DNA from: Deltaproteobacteria bacterium
Lineage (GTDB): Bacteria; Desulfobacterota_D; UBA1144; Nemesobacterales; UBA2774
Reading direction: 5' to 3'
Assembly (NCBI GenBank): GCA_040223695.1
Contig: JAVKFU010000015.1
Location: 106,534-170,533, forward strand
DNA length: 64,000 nt
This document shows positions 50,220-59,001 of this stretch, one piece after another (within the stretch, counting starts at the first letter, position 1; each line of letters starts with the position of its first letter). Position numbers and translations under genes: made by a program. The notes beneath the pieces were generated by a model. It was not told where the DNA came from and made no database searches. It worked only from the letters and a program-made list of their open reading frames with translations.

Positions 50220-51304
50220 AAAGACTCTGTTTCGATAAAGAGCTCTTCCCGATAATAGACAAGGTGGAAAAAGGGCAGCGGCTCACGTTTGAGGACGGAA
50301 TGACCGTTATGAGTACGGCCGATATAAACGCGGTCGGCATGCTGGCCGATTACGTGAAGCGCAAGAAAGACGGGGACAGGGTCTATTTCGTCGTCAACAG
50401 GCACGTCAATCCTACGAATATTTGCGCCATATCGTGCAGGTTCTGCGCCTTCGGAACTACAAAAAAGTCCGCCAATGCCTACGAGCTCTCTCACGAGCAG
50501 ATATTGTCCGTCCTCAGCGATGAGATCAGGGAAGTCCATATAGTCGGGGGACTCCATCCCGATTGGAAGTTCGAGGATTATCTGGACATCATAAAGCTGG
50601 TCAAGGACAACTTTCCCCGGACCCACGTCAAGGCCTTTACCGCCGTTGAGATTGACTGGTTTACGGAGATAAGCGGCCAGAGCCTGGAAGGGGTGCTTGA
50701 GACGCTCAGGGATGCAGGCGTGGACGCGCTCACAGGGGGAGGGGCTGAGATTCTTCATCCGGATGTTAGGAAGAAGATATGCGCCCCCAAGACCGTAGCC
50801 ACGAGGTGGGAGGAGATTCACAGGCTCGCCCACAGCATGGGCATTCCCACAAACGCAACCATACTCTACGGACATATCGAAGAGCCTTTCCACGTTGTCG
50901 ATCATTTCGAGAGACTCAGGAACGTCGAGGACGAATCCCCGGGCTTCTTCGCCTTTATTCCTGTGCTGTTCCAGCCGGAAAATACCGGGCTCAAGAAGCA
51001 GGTGAAGTTCTTCCCCGCCTCCTATGACCTTAAGGTACACGCGCTGGCCAGGCTTTATCTCGACAACTTCCCTCATATCAAGTCCTACTGGATTACGCTC
51101 GGCGAGAAGATGGCCCAGGTTGCGCTCCACTACGGATGCAGCGACGCCGACGGCACTATAATGCGGGAGAAGATAATCCACGACGCGGGCGCTCCGTCAG
51201 AGCTAGGGCACACCCGCGATTTCATGGTCAACATGATAAAGAGCGCGGGCTTCATCCCTGTAGAGAGAGACGCCCTCTACAACGAAATCAGGGTTTATAA
51301 CTAG
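50195..51304 (+). CDS. Radical SAM enzyme of the MqnC/MqnE (futalosine pathway) family.
   Basis: CxxxCxxC cluster motif (CAISCRFC) and the CofH/MqnC-like fold. Gene context with mqnP/L/M-like genes. Confidence 0.65.
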   Translation: MERILEDVERLCFDKELFPIIDKVEKGQRLTFEDGMTVMSTADINAVGMLADYVKRKKDGDRVYFVVNRHVNPTNICAISCRFCAFGTTKKSANAYELSHEQILSVLSDEIREVHIVGGLHPDWKFEDYLDIIKLVKDNFPRTHVKAFTAVEIDWFTEISGQSLEGVLETLRDAGVDALTGGGAEILHPDVRKKICAPKTVATRWEEIHRLAHSMGIPTNATILYGHIEEPFHVVDHFERLRNVEDESPGFFAFIPVLFQPENTGLKKQVKFFPASYDLKVHALARLYLDNFPHIKSYWITLGEKMAQVALHYGCSDADGTIMREKIIHDAGAPSELGHTRDFMVNMIKSAGFIPVERDALYNEIRVYN

Positions 51305-51329
51305 AAATGTAGAACCACCTTTAATCCTT

Positions 51330-52380
51330 AACGTGGTTGGGGATTACCTCTTTTTCCATCGTTTCAGCCAGCGTTACTTTGTCATTACGAGCCGCAAAGC
51401 GGCTCTACAATCCATTTTAGCTAGTCGTCATCCTGAATACATTTCAGGATCTCATCCTTGCCTTTTCTTTATCATTCCTCAATGTTTTTTTATTTTTCGA
51501 CATCACAGAATTGGCGTTTAGAAAATGGTTTATTGAGACGTAAAAATCTTTTTGGGACGATTTAGAGCTAGCGAGGAATCGGACGCCCTTTCCTATTAAG
51601 CAACAATGTAATTAGTCTCGCTTCACTAAACTACAATTCTAATCGCGGTTGGATTAAAAGATTTTAGCCTTAATAAAGCATTTTTAGCCATATTCCGTGC
51701 AGTCGGTGATTTTTGTTTCTTTTCATCAAGGAAAAGAAAATTTAATGTTTTATCTTTTCCTTGTCATTCCCGAGCGCCTTTATCGGGAATCCACTTCTTT
51801 CATTTTCAGGGGGCGTCCTCATGCACGCTCACCCTGAGCCTGTCGAAGGGCGCAATCCGTTAATCCGTCATTGCGAGCCGCAAAGCGGCTCGGCAATCTC
51901 AATTGTGTCATTCTGAATTTATTTCAGAATCTCATCTTTTCAACCCCCTCATCCTGAGCGCACATGAAGTGTGCAGTCGAAAGATGCCATTTCGAGCCAT
52001 TCGATCTACTCAGCATAAACTCCGCGAAAAATCTTCCTTTGTTTTTTACTTCCTTCCCCATATAGAGGGGAACGATTTCGAGCGTGCAAGGAATCGGACG
52101 CCACTGCCTAATAGGCACTTATGCTCTTTAACTCCCGACTCAATGTTCCCTACCTCAAAGCGGGTCAGGATGGGGGTGATCATGCCTCATTCCTCCTGAG
52201 TCCAATCGAAGGGTGTCCCTTTTCCATACTCCTCAGTCAACCCTACATAGTCATTACGAACCGCAAAGCGGCGCAGCAATCTCATCTTTTTAATCCCTTC
52301 ATCCTGAGCCCGGTCGAATTCTGGTTTAAGAGCAAATCAGAAGCAAGGGATGAGGAAGTTTATACCTGTTAATTTATAGT
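51330..52380. repeat. Intergenic array of composite hairpin-repeat units (REP/MITE-like), about 1 kb.
   Basis: Repeated modules: A = GTCATT(A/G)CGAGCCGCAAAGCGGCTC..GCAATCTC (51381, 51867, 52250). B = GTCAT(C/T)CTGAA-loop-TTCAG(G/A)ATCTCATC (51426, 51904). C = CTCATCCTGAGC..GTCGAA (51822, 51946, 52170, 52300). D = AGGAATCGGACGCC..CCTAAT (51571, 52088). Stems carry compensatory substitutions. Confidence 0.8.
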
Positions 52381-52382
52381 TT

Positions 52383-53327
52383 TTATTCTAGCGGCGTGTC
52401 ATCCATGTTCGCCCATTCAGCCATCGAACCGTCGTAAACTCTTGCGGGCGTATAACCCATCAGCTCAAGGGCAAAGGCCACGAATGTAGCGCGCACGGCG
52501 GCCTGGCAGTGGGTTACAATGTTTCTATTTCCGTCTACATCCGCCTTGCTAAGTATGGATTTTATTTCGTCCGCTGACCTGAATTTTCTTACCCCTTCGC
52601 TGTCATTTGAGTTCTCAAGGAAAAGATTCCACTCTAAATGGCTGGCTCCGGGAATATGTCCCACCCTTTTATTGCCGTGAGCAGCGCGCCCGAAATATTC
52701 ATCCTCGGAACGAACATCCAGTATTTGAACTTCCTGGTCCTTGTATTGTTTTATCAATTGGTCCTGCGTGATCATCCTGTCAGGACGTGGTGTCAGACTA
52801 ACCGGGTCTTCCACTTCGCCGGGCTTGGAGTTAATGAAGCTGATCGGTAAACCGGATGATACCCAATTCTGCCACCCGCCGTCCAGAATTTTCGCGTTCT
52901 GAAATCCGTAGTATCTGAGGACCCACCATAGACGGGATGCAAAGATTGAACCCCATTCGTCGTAAAGAACTACGGTCGAATTCGCACCGATTCCAAGCTC
53001 GGCAAGCAGTTTCTCAAATTCGCTCTCATTCGCGACAAACAGGCTTTGATTCCCATCCTGATCTATGCTTTTGACATACGCGTGTCCGGGACGGCAAACC
53101 GCGCCGGGTATGTGTGCTCGTGTGTAAGAGTAATATTCCCACGGGCAGTCAACTATAACCACGTCGGGCTCATCCCCATGCTCCGCGAGCCATTGAGTGC
53201 TTACCAGTATTTCCGGATTCGGATAGTTCATTATCTTTTCTTCCAATGTTTCTCCCGGGACAAAGCTGCTGCCCGGCCTGGATACATTTCCAATTTTCAT
53301 TCTATCAATATTGCGGATCGAATGCAA
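52383..53327 (-). CDS. Two-domain rhodanese sulfurtransferase (thiosulfate/3-mercaptopyruvate sulfurtransferase).
   Basis: Tandem rhodanese domains and a catalytic Cys loop (HCQAAVRA). The true start is probably the internal MNYPNPEIL at about 53231. Confidence 0.75.
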   Translation of the reverse strand: MHSIRNIDRMKIGNVSRPGSSFVPGETLEEKIMNYPNPEILVSTQWLAEHGDEPDVVIVDCPWEYYSYTRAHIPGAVCRPGHAYVKSIDQDGNQSLFVANESEFEKLLAELGIGANSTVVLYDEWGSIFASRLWWVLRYYGFQNAKILDGGWQNWVSSGLPISFINSKPGEVEDPVSLTPRPDRMITQDQLIKQYKDQEVQILDVRSEDEYFGRAAHGNKRVGHIPGASHLEWNLFLENSNDSEGVRKFRSADEIKSILSKADVDGNRNIVTHCQAAVRATFVAFALELMGYTPARVYDGSMAEWANMDDTPLE

Positions 53328-53424
53328 TCTGGTAACTGTGCCGGGAGAAGCGGCACCTTTAAAACAAACAAAGCCCCTACGGCAATCCCATCTTTTTTTC
53401 TCCTACTCCGATATGCCCAACATT

Positions 53425-53510
53425 GTCATTGCGAGGTTGCGAAGCAACCGCGGCAATCTCATCCTTTCAACCCCCTCATCCTAGTAGTGAGCCTGTCGAA
53501 CTATCGATGG
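53425..53510. repeat. Solo copy of repeat modules A and C.
   Basis: GTCATTGCGAGGTTGCGAAGCAACCGCGGCAATCTCATCCTTTCAACCCCCTCATCCT..GCCTGTCGAAC. The A-hairpin stem is replaced by GGTTGC/GCAACC, so structure is conserved rather than sequence. Confidence 0.75.
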
Positions 53511-53604
53511 ATGTCATTCCCCTTCCTTCGTAAAAATAAAAATTCCACTTGCAAATACGAGTATTTTAATTAATCCTTTTGTCATAACAGGGGGACACTA
53601 AAAC

Positions 53605-53931
53605 ATGAAAAACAAGATCAGACTACTTTCTTTCCTTGCGGTATTCGTTCTGCTGGTTTCAGGCGGAATATTCTTTGCGACAAATCAACCGGCCGAGTCT
53701 CAGCAGCCCGAAGTGTTAAGTTTTACAGGCATGGACCTCGAGCAGGATATGAATTTCCTCACCGGATTCACATCCGGCCCTGATATTGTCGTAGCCAAGA
53801 AGAGTTGCGGCGACGAAACCTGCTCCGCCAATCAGTGCTGCTGCCTGAACATAGACACAGGGGCTCAGTGCTGCAGGCCGAAAGTCGAGGACAACTGCAT
53901 CGAGTCGTGTAAGAAAAGCGAGCCGTGTTAG
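53605..53931 (+). CDS. Secreted cysteine-rich mini-protein.
   Basis: Sec signal peptide, then a C-terminal 45-aa domain with 10 Cys (SCGDETCSANQCCCLNIDTGAQCCRPKVEDNCIESCKKSEPC). Confidence 0.5.
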   Translation: MKNKIRLLSFLAVFVLLVSGGIFFATNQPAESQQPEVLSFTGMDLEQDMNFLTGFTSGPDIVVAKKSCGDETCSANQCCCLNIDTGAQCCRPKVEDNCIESCKKSEPC

Positions 53932-54095
53932 AGCGTGTAAATTTGTAATCACTGTAATATTAATACTTTGACCAACTATTATTAATTTATCCTATCCACT
54001 ATAGTATTGACTATCTGATTGTAATTCATATACAATCGAAATAAGAATTACTATATTTTTATCTTATTGTTATATCATGTGAGTAAGAGTCACAG

Positions 54096-55763
54096 ATGAT
54101 TAAAAGTATTCGGCTAAAATTCGGTAGGGCTCTAGGTCTGCCAGCAGAAGTTATTAGTACGACACCGGTAACCGTGTTTGTAGGCCCTAATAATTCGGGG
54201 AAAAGTAAAGTCTTAGATGAGATAAATCAATTTTGTCGCAATGGGCAAAAAAATAATTTAAATTTGATACTTGACCAAATTGAATTTGAGTCTTTCTCCG
54301 AACAAGTTGCTGAAATTAAAATAAAAAATAATTTGCTCACACCTAAACTTGGTGAATCTGTTTATTCCGATCATATAATAATTGGAAAGAAAGGTGTACG
54401 AAATCAGGTAAACAAGAAACAATTACTTGAAGCGTTCGCAAACCCAAATGCTAGGTCCCAACAATTTTGTCCTTGGTATTTAGCTTTTAATACTCTTATT
54501 CTAGATGGGAAAAATAGAATTAATCTCATAAATGAACAAGAAGCTGGTGATTTACAACATCCCCAAACCAGTTTTCAGGTTTTATTTTCGGATGATTCAA
54601 AGAGACAAGAAGTCAGAAGGATTATATTCGATGCTTTTGGCTATTATTTTGTAATTGATCCTACAAAGTTAGGACGTTTTAGGCTGAGGCTGGCATACTA
54701 TTATCCACAAGACATAAGGCAAGAGCGAGGTATTGATGAAGAAGCTGTGTCCTACCATTCAAAGGCCATGCCTATAGACGCGACGAGTGATGGGGTCAAA
54801 GCATTTACTGGTATTATAACTGAGATAATTGCTGGTGATCCGGTTGTATTATTGATTGACGAGCCAGAAGCATTTTTACATCCTGCCCTATCTTTCAAAT
54901 TAGGAAAAGAAATCGCTCGAGCTAGTTCTAAGTCTGAAAAAAGACTTTTCATTTCAACACATAGTACTAATTTTGTCATGGGATGTATTCAATCAGGCGC
55001 ACCAGTGACTATTGTAAGATTAACTTACCGTAACAGTTCTGCTACTGCTAGAATACTGCCACAAGATGATATTTTGAGGTTGATGAGGAATCCATTGTTA
55101 AGATCAACAGGGGTTTTGGCAGGACTTTTTTATGAATTTATAGTTGTTACTGAGTCCGATTCAGACCGTGCCTTTTATCAAGAAATTAATGAACGTTTAA
55201 TTTTGAATGATCCTGATAGAGGGATACCAAATTGTTTATTTTTAAATGCACAGAATAAACAAACAATACACACAATTATACGCCCTTTGCGAGAGCTGGG
55301 TATACCTGCCGCCGGAATTATAGATATAGATATAATAAAAGATGGTGGATCTGTCTGGACGAATTTTCTAAAGTCCGGTTTTGCGCCAGAGCTTGAACAT
55401 GCTTCACTTGCCTCACTACGAAGTTCAGTAAAGAAAAAATTTGAAGAAACTGGAAAAGATATGAAACGTGATGGTGGAGTTTCTGTTCTAAGTCCAACTG
55501 ACAAGGAAGCAGCCAATAATCTGTTTGACAAATTAGCTGATTATGGTCTCTTTGTTGTACGCAAGGGGGAATTGGAATCATGGCTGCCTGGGCTCCAAGG
55601 TGTGGGCCATGGTTCTGACTGGCTTATAGATATATTTGAAAAAATGGGTGAAGATCCCAGCTTGCCTAATTATATGAAGCCCAGTACCAATGACGTATGG
55701 GAATTTGTTGGGCAAATTAAGCACTGGTTGACAAATGCAAATAGAAAAGGAATTCCGTCGTAG
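54096..55763 (+). CDS. OLD-family ATP-dependent nuclease (ABC-type ATPase plus Toprim), class 1-like stand-alone.
   Basis: Walker A GPNNSGKS. Walker B/H-loop LLIDEPEAFLHP. C-terminal Toprim-like acidic motifs (FIVVTESDSDRAF, GIIDIDII). The gene is about 36% GC, against about 50% in neighbours, with AT-rich flanks. Confidence 0.6.
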   Translation: MIKSIRLKFGRALGLPAEVISTTPVTVFVGPNNSGKSKVLDEINQFCRNGQKNNLNLILDQIEFESFSEQVAEIKIKNNLLTPKLGESVYSDHIIIGKKGVRNQVNKKQLLEAFANPNARSQQFCPWYLAFNTLILDGKNRINLINEQEAGDLQHPQTSFQVLFSDDSKRQEVRRIIFDAFGYYFVIDPTKLGRFRLRLAYYYPQDIRQERGIDEEAVSYHSKAMPIDATSDGVKAFTGIITEIIAGDPVVLLIDEPEAFLHPALSFKLGKEIARASSKSEKRLFISTHSTNFVMGCIQSGAPVTIVRLTYRNSSATARILPQDDILRLMRNPLLRSTGVLAGLFYEFIVVTESDSDRAFYQEINERLILNDPDRGIPNCLFLNAQNKQTIHTIIRPLRELGIPAAGIIDIDIIKDGGSVWTNFLKSGFAPELEHASLASLRSSVKKKFEETGKDMKRDGGVSVLSPTDKEAANNLFDKLADYGLFVVRKGELESWLPGLQGVGHGSDWLIDIFEKMGEDPSLPNYMKPSTNDVWEFVGQIKHWLTNANRKGIPS

Positions 55764-55870
55764 TATTATATTCTTTTATTAAGTGTGGGTTTCAAAATTC
55801 TCAAAATCTCCAATTACCCCTTGAAATCCGGCAATTAACCCTTATATTATCCCTGATTAACAATTAAGGC

Positions 55871-56167
55871 ATGGGGTGCAAAATGTTAAATACGGACAAT
55901 TTAGCCCATACGGGCACTAAGTTCTCACGCAGCATATATATCGGGAAGATCAAGAAAACAACCTTGAGCAAGCCCGTCGATGCCCTTAATGTCGGAGAGC
56001 AGGAGCAGTATTCATGCCTCTCCGAGCAGATGAAGTGGGGCAAGGAGCACGGATACAACCTGGTTCTTACCCGTGACAGTAGCGAGATAGACTGCTGGAT
56101 GATAAGAGATTCGTCAATGGACGATCTAAACCCGCTCTTCAAGAAAACGATACTCCAAGTTTTCTGA
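55871..56167 (+). CDS. Hypothetical 98-aa protein downstream of the OLD nuclease.
   Basis: ORF with no recognisable domain. Confidence 0.35.
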   Translation: MGCKMLNTDNLAHTGTKFSRSIYIGKIKKTTLSKPVDALNVGEQEQYSCLSEQMKWGKEHGYNLVLTRDSSEIDCWMIRDSSMDDLNPLFKKTILQVF

Positions 56168-56376
56168 CACTCTAAATAAGCACAGCTAAAAATCACGACA
56201 ACCCTAAAACATAAAAACCTGTAGGTATCCGGGCGGTATATTATTATTCGGAGGCCCTGTGCTGTTTAAACTGACCCAAACCCGATTTTACTTTATCCGG
56301 GCTTTTTGCTATTCTAAAATTGCGAATAAATGTTAATCTTTTTAATAAGTTGTTTTAATTATTCCCGGAGTAATGT

Positions 56377-56703
56377 ATGAAAGAGTATGAAGTGATAATA
56401 GAAAAGCTTAAATCTAGACAGGCGGAGCTCCAGGACAGACTGAATAAAGTCGCGGAGTCGCTCAGGAAAACCCACGCGAAGGATTGGGAAGAGCAGGCAA
56501 TCGAGCGTGAAAACGAGGAAGTGGTCGAAGCGCTCGATGAGAGCATCCGCACCGAATTAAGCCAGATAACAGTCGCACTCGACAGAGTGGAAAAGGACGA
56601 ATACGGCATATGTTCAATTTGTGACGATCCTATCCCCACGGGTCGCCTGGAGGCATTGCCTTACACGGACCGCTGCGTAAGCTGCGCAAGCGAAATGGAG
56701 TAA
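56377..56703 (+). CDS. DksA/TraR-family C4 zinc-finger protein.
   Basis: N-terminal coiled coil and a C-terminal CxxC-N17-CxxC (CSICDD...CVSCAS). RBS GGAG. Confidence 0.65.
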   Translation: MKEYEVIIEKLKSRQAELQDRLNKVAESLRKTHAKDWEEQAIERENEEVVEALDESIRTELSQITVALDRVEKDEYGICSICDDPIPTGRLEALPYTDRCVSCASEME

Positions 56704-57079
56704 TTATTCCACCCCCGCTTTACGGATTTCCCCGCAAACCTGTGTTAGATAATATGACGTTATAGAGGGAGCCTGTTACTCACCCGTCCGGATCTATTGC
56801 ATAAAAATATTCAGGCACCGCTGAATCAAAGACCCGTCCGGAGCTTGGGTTTCATATGGTTCGAACCTGTATCGACGGGCTCCGCTTAAGACTAACCATA
56901 TTAATGTTTCATCCCCATGGTTATTCAATGTGACGGGTACTAACATTTCTTCTTCATTTTATAGATTACTGGCACTATAATCACGGTAAATTTTATCGGC
57001 GACTAAGAGGTATCACTTAAAACCGGCCCTGATTGGAATTGCTGTGATTAATAGATTATATTAGGTTCGATAAAAACGA

Positions 57080-57126
57080 CCCGCTCATCCTGAGCGCACA
57101 CGGAGTGTGCAGTCGAAGGATGCCAC
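57080..57126. repeat. Solo copy of repeat module C, overlapping the 5' end of the transketolase ORF.
   Basis: CTCATCCTGAGCGCACACGGAGTGTGCAGTCGAAGGATGCC. The inner hairpin GCACAC-GGA-GTGTGC compares with GCACA-TGAAG-TGTGC at 51955. Confidence 0.7.
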
Positions 57127-57149
57127 TTATTTTAAGGAGCGAAAATTCC

Positions 57150-58016
57150 GTGGGAGTGACGGACGAACAGGTAGCCTATCTCGAAGATAAAGCGAATCTT
57201 ATAAGGGAAGATATTATTAAAATGCTTGAGGAAGCGGGCTCAGGGCATTCCGCCGGTTCTCTCGGCACCGCCGACATATTTGCCACGCTCTATTTTCATG
57301 TGATGAAGCATGACCCGAAAAATCCCGATTGGGAGGAGCGGGACAGGTTTGTTCTGAGTAACGCTCATATATGTCCCGTGCTCTACGCGACGCTGGCGGA
57401 ATCGGGCTACTTCCCTGTAGAGGAGCTGATGACTCTCAGAAAACTGGGATCGAGGCTCCAGGGCCATCCGCACCGCGGGACGGTTCCCGGACTCGAAGCT
57501 TCGGGCGGCCCGCTCGGACAGGGCATTTCCATCGCGGTAGGAATGGCGGTTGCCGGAAAAATGGACGGTAGCATGTCCGGGGTTTACTGCATGGTGGGGG
57601 ACGGGGAGATGGACGAAGGGCAGGTATGGGAAGCGATAATGTTTGCCGGGAAGAACAGGCTTCATAATTTCACTCTTATAATTGACAGGAACAACATTCA
57701 GATTGACGGCTTCACCGAGGACGTCATGCCGCTTGAGCCCTTAAAGGACAAGCTCGCGTCATTCGGATTTCACGTGATAGAGGTCGGGGGGCACGACATG
57801 AGAACGCTCATTGAGGCGTTTGAGGAGGCGCGGGCGGTATATGAGAAGCCCGTTGTCGTATTGGCGCACACCATACCGGGGAAGGGTGTCGATTTCATGG
57901 AGTTCAAGCCTGAGTGGCACGGTAAGCCGCCTAATAAAGAGGAGGCTGAAAAAGCGCTTGATGAGCTTGACGAGCTGAGATCTCTCGGCGGAAAGATAAC
58001 CTGCGAACATGAGTAA
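57150..58016 (+). CDS. Transketolase, N-terminal (thiamine-diphosphate-binding) subunit of a split enzyme.
   Basis: TPP-binding blocks (GSGHSAGSLGTADIFATLYF, GDGEMDEGQVWEA). GTG start after an AAGGAG RBS. The ATG at 57105 lies inside a repeat element. Confidence 0.75.
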   Translation: MGVTDEQVAYLEDKANLIREDIIKMLEEAGSGHSAGSLGTADIFATLYFHVMKHDPKNPDWEERDRFVLSNAHICPVLYATLAESGYFPVEELMTLRKLGSRLQGHPHRGTVPGLEASGGPLGQGISIAVGMAVAGKMDGSMSGVYCMVGDGEMDEGQVWEAIMFAGKNRLHNFTLIIDRNNIQIDGFTEDVMPLEPLKDKLASFGFHVIEVGGHDMRTLIEAFEEARAVYEKPVVVLAHTIPGKGVDFMEFKPEWHGKPPNKEEAEKALDELDELRSLGGKITCEHE

Positions 58017-59001
58017 TAAACTGAACGATAAAATGCATCTGGCGGCGAATATATTCAACGGACCCGATCAGGTTCCGCAGAGAAACGGCTACGGCGAGGG
58101 GGTCGTGGAAGCCGGCAGGGCGAATGAAAACGTGGTCGTTTTGTGCTGCGACCTTACGGAGTCCACGAGATCGGCCGAGTTCAGGGAAACATTTCCCGGC
58201 AGGTTCGTGGAGATAGGCATAGCCGAGCAGAATATGGCCGGTATAGCCGCCGGAATGGCCTTCTCGGGAAAGATACCGTATATATCATCCTACGCTACGT
58301 TCAGTCCCGGCAGAAACTGGGATCAGATACGTGTCAGCGTCTGCTACAGCATGGCCAACGTCAAGATTATGGGCGCTCACGCCGGTATATCCGTAGGTCC
58401 CGACGGGGCTACGCATCAGGCCATGGAAGACATCGCTATAACGAGATGCCTTCCGAATATGACTGTCATAGTTCCGTGCGATTACCCGGAGGCGAAGAAA
58501 GCAGCGGTATCGATTGCGGAAATGAACGGCCCCGTTTATATGCGTTTTGGAAGGGAAAAGGTTCCGGTTATCACCACCGAAAAAACGCCTTTTCAAATCG
58601 GGCGCGCTGAAACCTACAAGAGGGGAGGGGACGTTACTGTCGTCGCCTGCGGCTCACTCGTGTACGAGGCATTGCTCGCTTCGGATGAGCTTTCCGGGGA
58701 AGGAATAGACGTGAGAGTGATTAATTGCCACACGATTAAACCTATCGACAGTGATACGATTATAAAAGCCGCGGAGGAAACGGGCGCTTTGGTGACCGCC
58801 GAGGAGCATCAGGTTCACGGGGGGCTTGGAAGCGCCGTGGCCGAGGTGGTCTCTCAAAACTGCCCTGTGCCGATTGAATATGTGGCGATGATGGACAGGT
58901 TCGGGGAGTCGGGAGAGCCGGATGAGCTTATGAAGAAGTTCGGCCTTAGCGCGCCCGGCATCGTTTCCGCGGTTAAACGGATCCTCAAGCGGAAGGAATA
59001 A
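58009..59001 (+). CDS. Transketolase, C-terminal (pyrimidine-binding plus C-terminal domain) subunit.
   Basis: Blocks FVEIGIAEQNMAGIAAGMA and the C-terminal domain. Overlaps the N-subunit gene by 8 nt. Confidence 0.8.
   Translation: MSNKLNDKMHLAANIFNGPDQVPQRNGYGEGVVEAGRANENVVVLCCDLTESTRSAEFRETFPGRFVEIGIAEQNMAGIAAGMAFSGKIPYISSYATFSPGRNWDQIRVSVCYSMANVKIMGAHAGISVGPDGATHQAMEDIAITRCLPNMTVIVPCDYPEAKKAAVSIAEMNGPVYMRFGREKVPVITTEKTPFQIGRAETYKRGGDVTVVACGSLVYEALLASDELSGEGIDVRVINCHTIKPIDSDTIIKAAEETGALVTAEEHQVHGGLGSAVAEVVSQNCPVPIEYVAMMDRFGESGEPDELMKKFGLSAPGIVSAVKRILKRKE

Noticed and set aside
50048-51181. 377-aa minus-strand ORF opposite the radical SAM gene. Similar antisense ORFs occur at 5006..5545, 40170..40805, 41239..41847, 45819..46274 and elsewhere.
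   Set aside because: Each is fully embedded antisense in a gene with clear family signatures. The products are low-complexity Ser/Pro/Arg-rich. They are treated as non-coding.
51946-51990. Possible hammerhead-like ribozyme in repeat module C (CTGAGC...GTCGAAAG).
   Set aside because: It lacks the CUGAnGA core and the three-stem geometry. The similarity is superficial.
51333-52372. ORFs 51333..51521, 51903..52199, 51924..52118 and 52121..52372 in the ORF track.
   Set aside because: They are translations of the hairpin-repeat modules (peptides such as HSEFISESHLFNPLILS recur wherever the repeat occurs). They are not protein-coding.
51330-52380. A CRISPR array was considered because of the regularly recurring short repeats.
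   Set aside because: The repeat units are heterogeneous composite modules without uniform spacer-length unique sequences. No cas genes are present in the window.
56829-56890. tRNA-like T-arm sequence GGTTCGAACC with flanking complementary segments.
   Set aside because: GGTTCGAACC is itself a perfect palindrome. No acceptor, D or anticodon arms of the correct spacing can be drawn. No CCA or discriminator context is present.
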